This document shows positions 1 to 9,722 of a stretch of DNA of 64,000 nucleotides, piece after piece. Positions within the stretch are counted from its first letter, which is position 1, and every line of letters begins with the position of its first letter. Position numbers and translations under genes: made by a program. The notes below the pieces were generated by a model. That model had not been told where the DNA came from and ran no database searches. It saw nothing but the letters and a program-made list of their open reading frames with translations. Origin of the DNA: a virus; the IMG/VR virus record IMGVR_UViG_3300020419_000004; one strand, 5' to 3'.

Positions 1-1
1 C

Positions 2-916
2 ACTTCCGTAAGACAGTTCACTCAAGAGTTTGACTGCGAGTTCTTAGGATCTGTTGATACATTGATAGCAGCATCTAAGTTGAGAGTATTAGTCTACGAT
101 GACATAATGACTAGCAATGCTGGTTTAGATGTATATGAAAATCCTGTAGACAACAACGATTATATTATATGTGTGGATGTATCTCGTGGTCTATCACAGG
201 ATTACTCTGCCTTTGTGGTTATCAATATATCTAAAGCACCGTGGAGACTGGTGGCAAAGTATAGGAACAATGAGATCAGACCTATGCTATTACCAAACGT
301 TATCTACAATGTAGCAAACAATTATAATAAAGCACACGTATTGATAGAAGTAAATGATATAGGAGAAGCAGTTGCTTCTAGTTTATTCTATGATGTCGAG
401 TATGAAAATGTACTGATGTGTGCTATGAGAGGTCGTGCAGGTCAGATAGTTGGACAAGGTTTCTCAGGTAATAAGACACAGATGGGTGTCAAGATGAGCA
501 AGACAGTTAAGGCACAAGGATGCTCTAACTTAAAGACTTTGATAGAAGATGATAAATTAATTGTTAAGGATTACAACATAGTATCTGAACTAACTACCTT
601 CATTCAAAACAAACAATCATTTGAAGCAGACGAAGGATATCATGATGACCTTGTTATGTGTTTAGTCATCTTCTCATGGTTAGTGCAGCAAGAATACTTT
701 AAAGAAATGACGGATCAGGACATCCGTCGTAGAATATACGAAGAACAGAAGAACCAGATAGAACAAGACATGGCACCATTTGGTTTTATAGACGATGGAT
801 TGGAAGATGAGATGATCAAAGACAGCGAGGGAAATATCTGGACTATTGATATGAATGAGAAAGAATACACCTTAGACGAGTATGGTGATAGGGCATTCAT
901 GTGGGACTATCGCTGA
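2..916 (+). CDS. gp17: Terminase large subunit, C-terminal nuclease part (5'-truncated by window edge)
   Basis: Frame is open from base 2 (TSVRQFTQEFDCEFLGSVDTL); CVDVSRG and GYHDDLVM RNase H-like motifs; lies before the tail sheath gene as in T4-like phages. Confidence 0.96.
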   Translation, partial: TSVRQFTQEFDCEFLGSVDTLIAASKLRVLVYDDIMTSNAGLDVYENPVDNNDYIICVDVSRGLSQDYSAFVVINISKAPWRLVAKYRNNEIRPMLLPNVIYNVANNYNKAHVLIEVNDIGEAVASSLFYDVEYENVLMCAMRGRAGQIVGQGFSGNKTQMGVKMSKTVKAQGCSNLKTLIEDDKLIVKDYNIVSELTTFIQNKQSFEADEGYHDDLVMCLVIFSWLVQQEYFKEMTDQDIRRRIYEEQKNQIEQDMAPFGFIDDGLEDEMIKDSEGNIWTIDMNEKEYTLDEYGDRAFMWDYR

Positions 917-931
917 AAGAGCTCCAATTTC

Positions 932-937
932 TAAATA
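932..937 (+). promoter_or_regulatory. T4-type late promoter (TAAATA)
   Basis: CTAAATAACT about 40 nt upstream of gp18. Confidence 0.7.
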
Positions 938-976
938 ACTATAGACAAAAATTGATTTATCATCAGGAGTACACGC

Positions 977-2962
977 ATGGCTAGCACGCTTCTATCGCCA
1001 GGAGTTGAGATCCAGGAAAGGGATCTGACTGTTGGGTCGATTGAGACGGTTGAAGTAAACGTTGGGGCAATAGCAGGATCATTTGCAAAAGGACCTGTTC
1101 TTACACCCGTTCGTATATCAAACGAATCTCAACTCATTGAAATCTTTGGAGAACCATCTGACTCTAACGCAGAAACATGGTGGACTGCAGCAAGTTTCCT
1201 ATCTTACGGTGGAGTACTTGACGTAGTTCGTTGTGCAACATCTGGACAGTTAAGTGCATCAGACGACAGTGCAACATCTCCATATCTTCTTTCTATTACT
1301 ACTAAAGAAGTATACGAAGCAACATATTTCACAGCAGCAGCAAACCCATTCCACTACGCAGCAAGAGATGTTGGTGCAGACGGAAATGCAATAAGGGTTG
1401 GGGTAATTGATAAGGGAGCAGACGTTTCCTTAAAACTAGATGGTGCTTTAGGCACTGCTACAGTTGGTACACAAGTACAGAATACAGCTGGAACTAAATC
1501 GGGTTACATCTATGCGTGGGATGGTGGCACGAATACAGTTTCACTAATTTCTTCTGACACATGGACAACAGCAGACATCGTTGAGAATGGTGTAAGTGAC
1601 TTAAACATCACAACAGTTTCTGACTGGTATGATGGACAGGATGTATTTACAGGACTTAAGTGGTCTTCTATTGCTCCTAGACCTGGCACTTCACCTTACG
1701 TCGCAGCACGTGGCGGTTCAAGTGATGAAATGCATGTTGCAGTTTGGGATGCTACTGGTGCTATCACTGGTTCACCAAACACTTTACTTGAGAAGTTTAC
1801 ATATGTTTCTAAAGCAAACAATGCTAAAACAACTCAAGGTGCAGGTAACTATTACCCACAGGTTGTACTTGACAAGAGTGCATTTGTTTACTGGGGTGCT
1901 CACGAAACATCAGTATATGATGTAAGTGGTAACCAAGCAGCTACTGGTGGTAACATCGCAGGTACTGGTAATGCAGGTAGTCCAAGTACAACAACATTTG
2001 ACTTGTTCTCTGGTCCTACTAGCTACACTATGGCGAAAGGTGCTGAAACTGGAAGTGCATCTTCTGGAGAAATTATCACTGGACTTCAAGAGTTCGCTGA
2101 TACTGAAACAGTTTCAATAGATTATCTAATTGCTGGTCCTGGTGACGCAGCAAGCAAAACCAATACTCAGGCAATCGGTGCTGCAGTATTAACAATCACT
2201 TCAAACAGAAAGGATTGTGTTGGTTTCTTATCTCCTTTCAGAGGAGACGTTGTTGGAGTTACAAGCTCCATGACACAAACACAAAACGTAGTTGACTACT
2301 ACTCAGGTATGCAAGCAACATCATTCGGTGTGTTTGATAATACATGGAAGTATGTCTACGACAGATTTGCTGACAAGTATAGATACATTCCATGTAACGG
2401 AGACGTTGCAGGATTATGTGCTGCTACTACAGCAAACGGATTACCTTGGTTCTCACCAGCAGGTTTAAACCGTGGTGCAATTAAGAATGCTGTTAAACTA
2501 GCATACTCACCAACCAAATCCGAAAGAGATTCATTGTATCAGAAGAGAATTAATCCTATAACCAGTCTACCTGGTCAAGGCATAGTTCTATTCGGTGACA
2601 AAACAGCTCTCGCTTCACCATCTGCATTTGATCGCATCAACGTTCGTCGTCTTTTCAACGTGATAGAGAAGACAATCGGCAACGCTGCGAAGGGAGTACT
2701 CTTTGAACTTAATGACGAATTCACTAGAAACAACTTTAAGAATGTTGTTGAACCATACCTTAGAGGTGTACAAGCCGAAAGAGGTATCACAGATTTCTTA
2801 GTTGTATGTGATGACACCAATAATCCTGGTTCAGTCATTGACGCGAACGAATTTAAGGCAGATTTCTATATCAAGCCTGCACGTTCAATCAACTTTATCA
2901 CATTGACATTCATTGCTACACGCACTGGCGTTAGTTTTGAAGAAGTCATCCCCCGCAGATAA
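977..2962 (+). CDS. gp18: Tail sheath protein
   Basis: LLSPGVEIQERDLT N-terminus, WFSPAGLNRG, FDRINVRRLF, KPARSINFI. Confidence 0.98.
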   Translation: MASTLLSPGVEIQERDLTVGSIETVEVNVGAIAGSFAKGPVLTPVRISNESQLIEIFGEPSDSNAETWWTAASFLSYGGVLDVVRCATSGQLSASDDSATSPYLLSITTKEVYEATYFTAAANPFHYAARDVGADGNAIRVGVIDKGADVSLKLDGALGTATVGTQVQNTAGTKSGYIYAWDGGTNTVSLISSDTWTTADIVENGVSDLNITTVSDWYDGQDVFTGLKWSSIAPRPGTSPYVAARGGSSDEMHVAVWDATGAITGSPNTLLEKFTYVSKANNAKTTQGAGNYYPQVVLDKSAFVYWGAHETSVYDVSGNQAATGGNIAGTGNAGSPSTTTFDLFSGPTSYTMAKGAETGSASSGEIITGLQEFADTETVSIDYLIAGPGDAASKTNTQAIGAAVLTITSNRKDCVGFLSPFRGDVVGVTSSMTQTQNVVDYYSGMQATSFGVFDNTWKYVYDRFADKYRYIPCNGDVAGLCAATTANGLPWFSPAGLNRGAIKNAVKLAYSPTKSERDSLYQKRINPITSLPGQGIVLFGDKTALASPSAFDRINVRRLFNVIEKTIGNAAKGVLFELNDEFTRNNFKNVVEPYLRGVQAERGITDFLVVCDDTNNPGSVIDANEFKADFYIKPARSINFITLTFIATRTGVSFEEVIPRR

Positions 2963-2981
2963 TTAACGGAGCACATTAACA

Positions 2982-3587
2982 ATGGCAACCCCACTAGGTA
3001 TTTTAGAATTCCAAAGAGCGATTAGAGGTGGTGTACGACCTAACCTCTTCTCAGTAGCCCACGCTTGGCCACAAGGCACAGCTTTATCAGAACCCGTCAT
3101 CGACGGAGTAGCAGCATCCAAAGGATCTGCTGTTACATACATGTGTAAGTCTGCTGCTTTACCAGCAACCAACGTTGGAACAGTTGAACTTCCCTTCCGT
3201 GGACGTGTTATTAAAGTTCCTGGCGACAGAACTTATGAAACATGGACAGGTACATTCTATATGGATGATGCATTCGCACTAAGAAGTGCTTATGAGAAGT
3301 GGATCCAACTTACTAATGACGTTGAAGCTAACACTGCAAACTCTGATATTGTGGACACATGGGTAGACATCCAAGTCACACAACTAGACAAGTTTGGTGG
3401 TGACGGTGCTGCAGATGGAAAACTAACAGAATTAAGACAGTACAATTTAGTCAGTGCTTGGCCTGTAAGTGTATCACAAGTATCACTTGCATACGACAAC
3501 AACGATTCATACGAAGAGTTTGATGTTGAGTTTGCTTATCAGTACCATACAAGTTCTGGTGGCAAAAACAAGAATAACGTCGTTTAG
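2982..3587 (+). CDS. gp19: Tail tube protein
   Basis: GGVRPNLF, LPFRGRVIKVPGDRTYETWT, EEFDVEFAYQY; synteny. Confidence 0.96.
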   Translation: MATPLGILEFQRAIRGGVRPNLFSVAHAWPQGTALSEPVIDGVAASKGSAVTYMCKSAALPATNVGTVELPFRGRVIKVPGDRTYETWTGTFYMDDAFALRSAYEKWIQLTNDVEANTANSDIVDTWVDIQVTQLDKFGGDGAADGKLTELRQYNLVSAWPVSVSQVSLAYDNNDSYEEFDVEFAYQYHTSSGGKNKNNVV

Positions 3588-3596
3588 AAAGTCAAC

Positions 3597-3602
3597 TAAA
3601 TA
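3597..3602 (+). promoter_or_regulatory. Late promoter (TAAATA)
   Basis: Upstream of gp20. Confidence 0.65.
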
Positions 3603-3626
3603 GTCAGGTAAAGAAACCCAAATATT

Positions 3627-5261
3627 ATGGCAGAGTTATTCGGTTTCTCGTTTAAGAAGCAAAAGATTAAGGAGCGTGCCCCGTCTCCTATCCAACCTTC
3701 TAGCGAGGACGGAGCTACTAGTTATATTGCAGGAGGTTACTATGGTCAATATCTTGACCTAGACGGTAACTTCAAAACTGAATATGACATGGTGAAGAAG
3801 TATCGGGAAATGGCGATGCATCCAGAAGTGGATTCCGCCATCGAAGATATTATACATGAAGCAATAGTTGCTGATCAAAATGATAGTCCTGTAGAAGTTA
3901 ACCTTGATAACCTTGAGGTTAGTGATTCTGTAAAAGGAATGATACGTGACGAGTTCGATTATATTAAAAACTTATTTGGATTTGATGGCAAAGCCCATGA
4001 GATGTTCCGCAGATGGTACATTGATGGGCGTTTGTACTATCATAAGGTCATTGATTTAGATGCACCACAAGACGGTATTAAAGAAGTCAGATATATTGAT
4101 CCATCAAAGATTAAGAAAGTAAGACAGATAACAAAACCCAAGACAGCAGATGAATTTATGAAGTATGACTTCGGATCATCTGAGGAATATTTCATATACA
4201 ATCCAAAAGGATTGAACAATACTTCCGCGAATAGTGGTATCAAGATTGCCAAAGATGCTATCACTTACGTGACAAGTGGTATCATGGACACCAATAGAAA
4301 TATTGTATTGTCCTATTTGCACAAAGGAATTAAAGTACTCAATCAACTTAGAATGATCGAGGACAGTCTAGTTATATACAGAATATCAAGAGCACCAGAG
4401 CGTAGAATATTTTATATTGACGTAGGTAACCTACCTAAAGTTAAGGCAGAACAATACTTACGTGAAGTTATGGGAAGGTATCGTAACAAATTAGTATACG
4501 ATGCTGCCACTGGAGAGATCAGAGACGACAGAAAATACATGTCAATGATGGAAGATTTCTGGTTACCACGTAGAGAAGGGGGTAGAGGTACTGAAATTAC
4601 TACACTTCCTGGTGGTCAGAACCTTGGAGAGCTTACAGACGTGCAATATTTCCAAACAAAACTTTACAAAGCGTTAAATGTTCCAGCTGGTCGTTTGGAA
4701 TCAGGGCAAGCATTTAACATTGGAAGGTCATCTGAGATCACTAGAGATGAATTGAAGTTCACTAAGTTTGTGGGTAAACTCCGCAAGAAGTTTAGTGATA
4801 TCTTTAATGATACTCTAAAGACCCAGTTAATCCTGAAGAGTGTCATCACTCCTGAAGACTGGGATGAGATGAAGGAGCATATCCAGTATGACTATCTCTA
4901 TGATAATCATTTCACGGAGCTAAAGAACCTAGAGATGATGACAGAGCAACTCAATGTCATTGGTCTTATGGATCCTTATGTTGGTAAGTACTTCTCTATA
5001 GATTATATTCGTCAGAATGTTCTTGGTCAAACCGAGAGACAAATTGAAGACATGGATCTTCAGATCGCAGATGATATAGAATCAGGTAGAGCAATCAATC
5101 CAACAGATCTAGTATCTGCAGATCAACAGCAGTTAGATGCAGAGACTGATAATATAGAGCTCGATCAGGAAGTTAAGAAAGCTCAAATTGCTAGTCAAAA
5201 ATCAAAAGCCGCGGCCGATCAACAGAAATCTGTTGCTCCAAAACCTAAAGCTGATAAATAA
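3627..5261 (+). CDS. gp20: Portal vertex protein
   Basis: RRWYIDGR, YRISRAPERRIFYIDVGNLPK, EDFWLPRREGGRGTEI. Confidence 0.98.
   Translation: MAELFGFSFKKQKIKERAPSPIQPSSEDGATSYIAGGYYGQYLDLDGNFKTEYDMVKKYREMAMHPEVDSAIEDIIHEAIVADQNDSPVEVNLDNLEVSDSVKGMIRDEFDYIKNLFGFDGKAHEMFRRWYIDGRLYYHKVIDLDAPQDGIKEVRYIDPSKIKKVRQITKPKTADEFMKYDFGSSEEYFIYNPKGLNNTSANSGIKIAKDAITYVTSGIMDTNRNIVLSYLHKGIKVLNQLRMIEDSLVIYRISRAPERRIFYIDVGNLPKVKAEQYLREVMGRYRNKLVYDAATGEIRDDRKYMSMMEDFWLPRREGGRGTEITTLPGGQNLGELTDVQYFQTKLYKALNVPAGRLESGQAFNIGRSSEITRDELKFTKFVGKLRKKFSDIFNDTLKTQLILKSVITPEDWDEMKEHIQYDYLYDNHFTELKNLEMMTEQLNVIGLMDPYVGKYFSIDYIRQNVLGQTERQIEDMDLQIADDIESGRAINPTDLVSADQQQLDAETDNIELDQEVKKAQIASQKSKAAADQQKSVAPKPKADK
5254..5260 (+). 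promoter_or_regulatory. Late promoter (ATAAATA)
   Basis: Overlaps the gp20 stop codon, upstream of the head-core genes. Confidence 0.65.
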
Positions 5262-5281
5262 ATTACAGACAACGTTACATT

Positions 5282-5572
5282 ATGGCAACACAAGAACGAG
5301 AAATCGTTGATTTACTTTGGGACAATGATAGGGCAGATGCCTTAGACAAACTCAAAGATATGCTACAAGTGAAAGCTGCTGCTGCAGTGGACACAAGTAA
5401 ATTGGACATTGCGAACAAAATGTTTCCGCACGTCCCTGATGATGGCAAACCAACTGGATTACCTCCAGAGGGAGAAGCATCAGAAGATGAAACTGCGGAA
5501 GTAATCAACCGCAATGCTGAAAACGAATCAGAGGAAAACGATGATGAGACTGATAACGGAACAGAACAATGA
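5282..5572 (+). CDS. Small acidic protein in the gp20-gp21 interval (prohead-core-like position)
   Basis: 96 aa, acidic tail, position of T4 gp67/gp68. Confidence 0.7.
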   Translation: MATQEREIVDLLWDNDRADALDKLKDMLQVKAAAAVDTSKLDIANKMFPHVPDDGKPTGLPPEGEASEDETAEVINRNAENESEENDDETDNGTEQ

Positions 5573-6191
5573 TATAGAAGTTCTTACCGAAGACAAAGAC
5601 GGTAAGAAGTCAACTTATATCAAAGGTATCTTCCTACAGACTGAGATCACCAACCGTAATGGTAGAATGTACAAGTTCGATACCATGAACCGTGAGGTGG
5701 GAAAGTACAACGAAGAGTTCATCCAACGCGGGAGAGCACTTGGTGAGTTAGGTCATCCAGAAGGTCCTACCGTTAACTTAGATCGTGTTTCACACAAGAT
5801 CGTTGAACTTTACCCTGAAGGTAGAAACTTCATAGGTAAGGCAAAGTTGTTAGAAACCCCTATGGGTAAGATCGCAAAGAACTTGCTTGAGGAAGGGGTA
5901 CAACTCGGTGTTTCTTCACGCGGGTTAGGTTCTCTTAAAAAAGAGGGCACAACCAGTATAGTCGCCGATGACTTCATTCTTTCTACTGCTGCTGATATAG
6001 TAGCAGACCCCTCCGCACCTGATGCTTTTGTTGAAGGTATTATGGAAGGTAAAGAATGGGCTTTAGTCGATGGTAAGATTAAAGAAGCACAAATCGAGGC
6101 TATCAAGGCATCCCTTGATAATGCACCCTCACCCCAAGAACTTGCTGAGAGGAAGGTCGCCGCGTTCGACGCATTTCTCAGAAGTTTGTGA
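5541..6191 (+). CDS. gp21: Prohead core protease
   Basis: NRNGRMY, ALGELGHP, GVSSRGLGS, DIVADPSAPDAFV; start placed at MMRLITEQ after GAGGA. Confidence 0.96.
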   Translation: MMRLITEQNNDIEVLTEDKDGKKSTYIKGIFLQTEITNRNGRMYKFDTMNREVGKYNEEFIQRGRALGELGHPEGPTVNLDRVSHKIVELYPEGRNFIGKAKLLETPMGKIAKNLLEEGVQLGVSSRGLGSLKKEGTTSIVADDFILSTAADIVADPSAPDAFVEGIMEGKEWALVDGKIKEAQIEAIKASLDNAPSPQELAERKVAAFDAFLRSL

Positions 6192-6193
6192 TT

Positions 6194-6201
6194 TATAAAT
6201 A
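6194..6201 (+). promoter_or_regulatory. Late promoter (TATAAATA)
   Basis: Full T4 late consensus upstream of gp22/gp23. Confidence 0.8.
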
Positions 6202-6248
6202 AATTATAGATTTATACACTAGTTTAAAATCCCGTAGGAGTACAAGTA

Positions 6249-7307
6249 ATGTCTACTATTGATGAAAAATTCCAAAAGGTGATCGCTGACAAGAAAGCAT
6301 CTCCTGAAGGAACTATTAAGGAAGACGCAGCAGTTGGCGACGCAGCCATCAAAAAAGGTGCGGTTCCAGCACAACAATCTGACCTTAAGAACGATGCTAT
6401 TGAAGTAGGCGGTTCTACAAAGGAGAAACCAGAAGGACCTGACAACGTAGGTGCGAAAGCAGCTGCTCCTGTGGGTGCTACAAAAGATTCTACACTCAAG
6501 ACGAAGCCAAGTGGAGCTTCATCAGCAATGCCTGGTGGACTTTCTGCTAAGATCTTTGATGATGTAGAGAAAGAAGGAGAGACAATCTCCGAAGAAGGAG
6601 TCAACGAAGACATCAAGGCAATACTGTCTGGTGCGGATCTTGACGAAGAATTCACTAAGAAAGCAACAACTGTATTTGAAGCTGCTGTATCTGCAAAGGT
6701 ATCAGACAAAGTTGAAGCACTTAAGGAAACTGCAGAACGCAGGATTGGCGAAGAACTCGAAGGAATTAAAGAGGAATTTGCTGGTCGTATAGAGAATTTC
6801 CTCTCATATGCTTGTGAAGAGTGGATGACTGAGAACGAACTTGCTATCGAAGCAGGTCTACGTGCTGAAGTCACCGAAGCATTTATGGGTGGATTAAAGA
6901 ATTTGTTCATTGAAAGCAACATCAATCTTCCAGACGAGAGTCTAGATGCGGTTGCAGACATGAGCAATAAATTAGATGAAATGGAGACCCGACTCAACGA
7001 TCAAGTTGAGAAAAACATTGGACTGCATGAGAAGGTAGCAACCTACAGAAAGAATGAGATTTTGACAGAACTATCCAGAGGACTTGCAGAAGTTCAGAAG
7101 GATAAGTTTACCTCTCTAGCTGAAGCAGTCGAATTCAAAAACGAAGAGTCGTATCGTGAAAAGCTTGGACAAATCAAAGAGAGTTACTTCGGAGCGAAAG
7201 CACCTGAGGTAGCAGAAGAAATCTCTTCTGAAGAACCCAAAGCTAAAGTTGAAGCCATTAGCGAAAGCATGTCTTCGTATGTCGAACAGCTAGCTAAAAG
7301 GCTATAA
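6249..7307 (+). CDS. gp22: Prohead core scaffold protein
   Basis: ATTVFEAAV, EEWMTENELAIE, coiled-coil acidic composition; synteny. Confidence 0.93.
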   Translation: MSTIDEKFQKVIADKKASPEGTIKEDAAVGDAAIKKGAVPAQQSDLKNDAIEVGGSTKEKPEGPDNVGAKAAAPVGATKDSTLKTKPSGASSAMPGGLSAKIFDDVEKEGETISEEGVNEDIKAILSGADLDEEFTKKATTVFEAAVSAKVSDKVEALKETAERRIGEELEGIKEEFAGRIENFLSYACEEWMTENELAIEAGLRAEVTEAFMGGLKNLFIESNINLPDESLDAVADMSNKLDEMETRLNDQVEKNIGLHEKVATYRKNEILTELSRGLAEVQKDKFTSLAEAVEFKNEESYREKLGQIKESYFGAKAPEVAEEISSEEPKAKVEAISESMSSYVEQLAKRL

Positions 7308-7346
7308 CGACTGTAAACACTAACTCAAGAACGGAGTAAATCTAGC

Positions 7347-8717
7347 ATGTTTAATGCAGAAAATCTCCAAGAGAAGTGGGCACCAGTACTTAACCATGAT
7401 GGTCTTCCTGAAATCAAGGACAACTATCGTAAGTCTGTTACCGCAATTCTCTTGGAAAACCAAGAGCGTGCTCTACAAGAAGAGCGTAACGTTCTAACAG
7501 AGGCACCAACAAACGTTGGTCCTATCAACACACAGACAACTGGAGCAGGTGCTGTATATGGTTTCGACCCTATACTTATCAGCTTAATCCGTCGTGCTAT
7601 GCCTAAGCTTATTGCTTATGACATCGCAGGCGTACAACCTATGTCTGGTCCTACTGGTCTTATCTTCGCGATGAGAAGTAGATATACAAATCAAACTGGT
7701 AACGAAGCATTCTTCGATGAGCCAGATGCACAGTTCTCTGGTACTAAAGGTGGAACTCCTCCTACAGCTACTACTGAGAAGAACCCAGGTCTTATCAACG
7801 ACGCTTCTGGTGGTGGTACAACTGCTACTAACTATGACCTTGCTTCAAGCAAGTTCGGTACAAGCGATCTAGAAGGACTAGGAGATGGTCAAGCATCTAA
7901 CGCATTCATGGAAATGGCGTTTAGCATCGACAGAATTGCTGTTGAAGCTAAAGGTAGAGCGTTAAGAGCAGACTACTCAGTTGAACTAGCACAAGACTTG
8001 AAAGCAATCCACGGATTAGATGCCGAGTCTGAACTAGCAAACATTCTTTCAACAGAGATACTTGCTGAAATCAACCGTGAGGTTGTTCGTACTGTATACA
8101 GGGGTGCAAAACCTGGTGCTCAAGCAAACGTAGCTAACGCTGGTGTGTTTGACTTAGACGTAGACAGTAATGGTAGATGGTCAGTTGAGAAATTCAAGGG
8201 ACTATTATTCCAGATCGAAAGAGATGCCAACGCAATCGCACAGGAAACTCGTAGAGGGAAGGGTAACATCATCATCACTAGTGCTGATGTAGCTTCTGCT
8301 CTTGCTATGAGTGGTGTTCTTGATTACGATTCAGGTATCAATGGTGCTGTTGGTGGTATCGGCGAAGTCGATGACACAGGTAACACTTTCGTTGGTACAT
8401 TGAACGGACGTTTCAAAGTATACATCGACCCTTATTCAGCTAACGTTAGTTCTGATCAGTACTACGTTGTTGGATACAAAGGTTCTAATGCATACGATGC
8501 AGGACTATTCTACTGTCCTTACGTTCCTCTCCAAATGTACAGAGCGATCGGTCAGGATTCATTCCAACCACGTATCGGGTTTAAGACTCGTTACGGAATG
8601 GTTCTTAACCCATTTGCTAAGGGACTCGCTGCTTTATCTGATTCAGATCCACAAGCTGCTGGTAACTTAAACGCTAACGCTTACTACAGAAGAGTAAAGG
8701 TTGCAAACCTAATGTAA
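7347..8717 (+). CDS. gp23: Major capsid protein
   Basis: EKWAPVL, VQPMSGPTGLIFAMR, ELAQDLKAIHGLDAE, QPRIGFKTRYG. Confidence 0.99.
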   Translation: MFNAENLQEKWAPVLNHDGLPEIKDNYRKSVTAILLENQERALQEERNVLTEAPTNVGPINTQTTGAGAVYGFDPILISLIRRAMPKLIAYDIAGVQPMSGPTGLIFAMRSRYTNQTGNEAFFDEPDAQFSGTKGGTPPTATTEKNPGLINDASGGGTTATNYDLASSKFGTSDLEGLGDGQASNAFMEMAFSIDRIAVEAKGRALRADYSVELAQDLKAIHGLDAESELANILSTEILAEINREVVRTVYRGAKPGAQANVANAGVFDLDVDSNGRWSVEKFKGLLFQIERDANAIAQETRRGKGNIIITSADVASALAMSGVLDYDSGINGAVGGIGEVDDTGNTFVGTLNGRFKVYIDPYSANVSSDQYYVVGYKGSNAYDAGLFYCPYVPLQMYRAIGQDSFQPRIGFKTRYGMVLNPFAKGLAALSDSDPQAAGNLNANAYYRRVKVANLM

Positions 8718-8740
8718 ACTTCGTGTTACATACACCTCAG

Positions 8741-8766
8741 AGAGACCCTAAGGGGTCTCTTTTTTT
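8741..8766 (+). terminator. Intrinsic terminator after gp23
   Basis: AGAGACCC-TAAG-GGGTCTCT 8-bp stem followed by a T tract. Confidence 0.9.
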
Positions 8767-8805
8767 GTCTAGGTATAAACTCGTAGGCATTTCTTTTTGT
8801 TAAAT

Positions 8806-8821
8806 TGTAACCGTAAATACA
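8806..8821. promoter_or_regulatory. NtcA-like palindrome TGTA-N8-TACA
   Basis: TGTA ACCGTAAA TACA in intergenic DNA; TAGACT (TAN3T) 24 nt downstream. Confidence 0.4.
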
Positions 8822-8865
8822 GTGTGGATTTGCATACATAATAGTAGACTTAGCGAGGAACATTA

Positions 8866-9030
8866 ATGCACAATCTAGTAAGTAAAAATCAATTGAGTGG
8901 TTGGAGTGTAAGTGTCGATAACAACAGTAATAAAGAATTAAACCAGATCGACGATTACTTTGACTGCCTAATAGAGTGTACAGACTTACCGAATTCGTGT
9001 CGAAGAATATGCAAAGTCATGTTGGAGTAA
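8866..9030 (+). CDS. 54-aa protein with twin CX3C motif (not in ORF track)
   Basis: MHNLVSKNQLSGW...DYFDCLIECTDLPNSCRRICKVMLE; GAGGA RBS upstream. Confidence 0.8.
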   Translation: MHNLVSKNQLSGWSVSVDNNSNKELNQIDDYFDCLIECTDLPNSCRRICKVMLE

Positions 9031-9056
9031 CCCCATGCACTAAAAACTTAATTGAA

Positions 9057-9086
9057 AGGGGTCTAAATAATTAGACCTCTTTTTTT
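9057..9086 (+). terminator. Terminator hairpin containing a late promoter (TAAATA 9064-9069)
   Basis: AGGGGTCTAA-ATAA-TTAGACCTCT followed by T6. Confidence 0.75.
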
Positions 9087-9090
9087 ATGC

Positions 9091-9696
9091 ATGGATGCCA
9101 TCACAGGTTTCGTTGATGAGTATTTGAATACGTTCGATCCTCGCGAGATAGCTAAACCAGAAGGTTGGAATAGAAATTTCTTTGGTGTACCTAACTTTCA
9201 TAGGAAGGTTATGTACAAGGAAGGACAGTACCAAGTTGAATGCTTAAACTGGCCACCACATGCTATCATACCTGAGCATAGACACCCAGATATAGATTCG
9301 TATGAAGTGTACATACGTGGTAAGATAAGTTTTAGTCATGGTGGGTATTGGATAGACAGTCACCCAGAGCAAGAGAAGATATGTAAGATGCGATCTGATT
9401 TCTTTACCCTCAAGGTATACCATGATGATATACATGGTGCATTCATGGGTGATGGTAGATCTATATTCATGTCAGTACAGCACTGGCAGAACGGTGTCAC
9501 ACCTAGTACAGTGGGTGAGAACTATGTCGGTGAGTATAACATTGATGATGTAGAAGGGCAGAGTAGCAGAGGTAAGAACGCTGAGTTGTCATGGATAGAT
9601 GCTGCACATAACGAAACTAACAAACCAGACTTTAAAGATTTTCGATTTCAAATCCACGATAAGATCAGAGATCCAGACGTTTTCTGGCTTGGATAA
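9091..9696 (+). CDS. Cupin-fold protein
   Basis: IPEHRHPDIDSYEV (HxH-x4-E) and YHDDIHG metal-binding cupin motifs. Confidence 0.65.
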   Translation: MDAITGFVDEYLNTFDPREIAKPEGWNRNFFGVPNFHRKVMYKEGQYQVECLNWPPHAIIPEHRHPDIDSYEVYIRGKISFSHGGYWIDSHPEQEKICKMRSDFFTLKVYHDDIHGAFMGDGRSIFMSVQHWQNGVTPSTVGENYVGEYNIDDVEGQSSRGKNAELSWIDAAHNETNKPDFKDFRFQIHDKIRDPDVFWLG

Positions 9697-9699
9697 ATA
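9693..9699 (+). promoter_or_regulatory. Late promoter (ATAAATA)
   Basis: Upstream of gp3. Confidence 0.65.
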
Positions 9700-9722
9700 C
9701 TACTGGAGACCTGCGTGAACTA

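Noticed and set aside
6224-6997. 257-aa minus-strand ORF opposite gp22, and similar antisense ORFs at 16548-17069, 21729-22151, 56669-57229 and many under 130 aa
   Set aside because: They lie fully opposite well-supported genes, have Ser/Phe/Leu-rich shadow composition, and lack an RBS or motif
8866-9030. CP12 call for the Cys-rich small protein
   Set aside because: Lacks the CP12 C-terminal C-x8-C-x2-(Y/F)-(D/E)-D pattern; Cys spacing is CX3C-X6-CX3C
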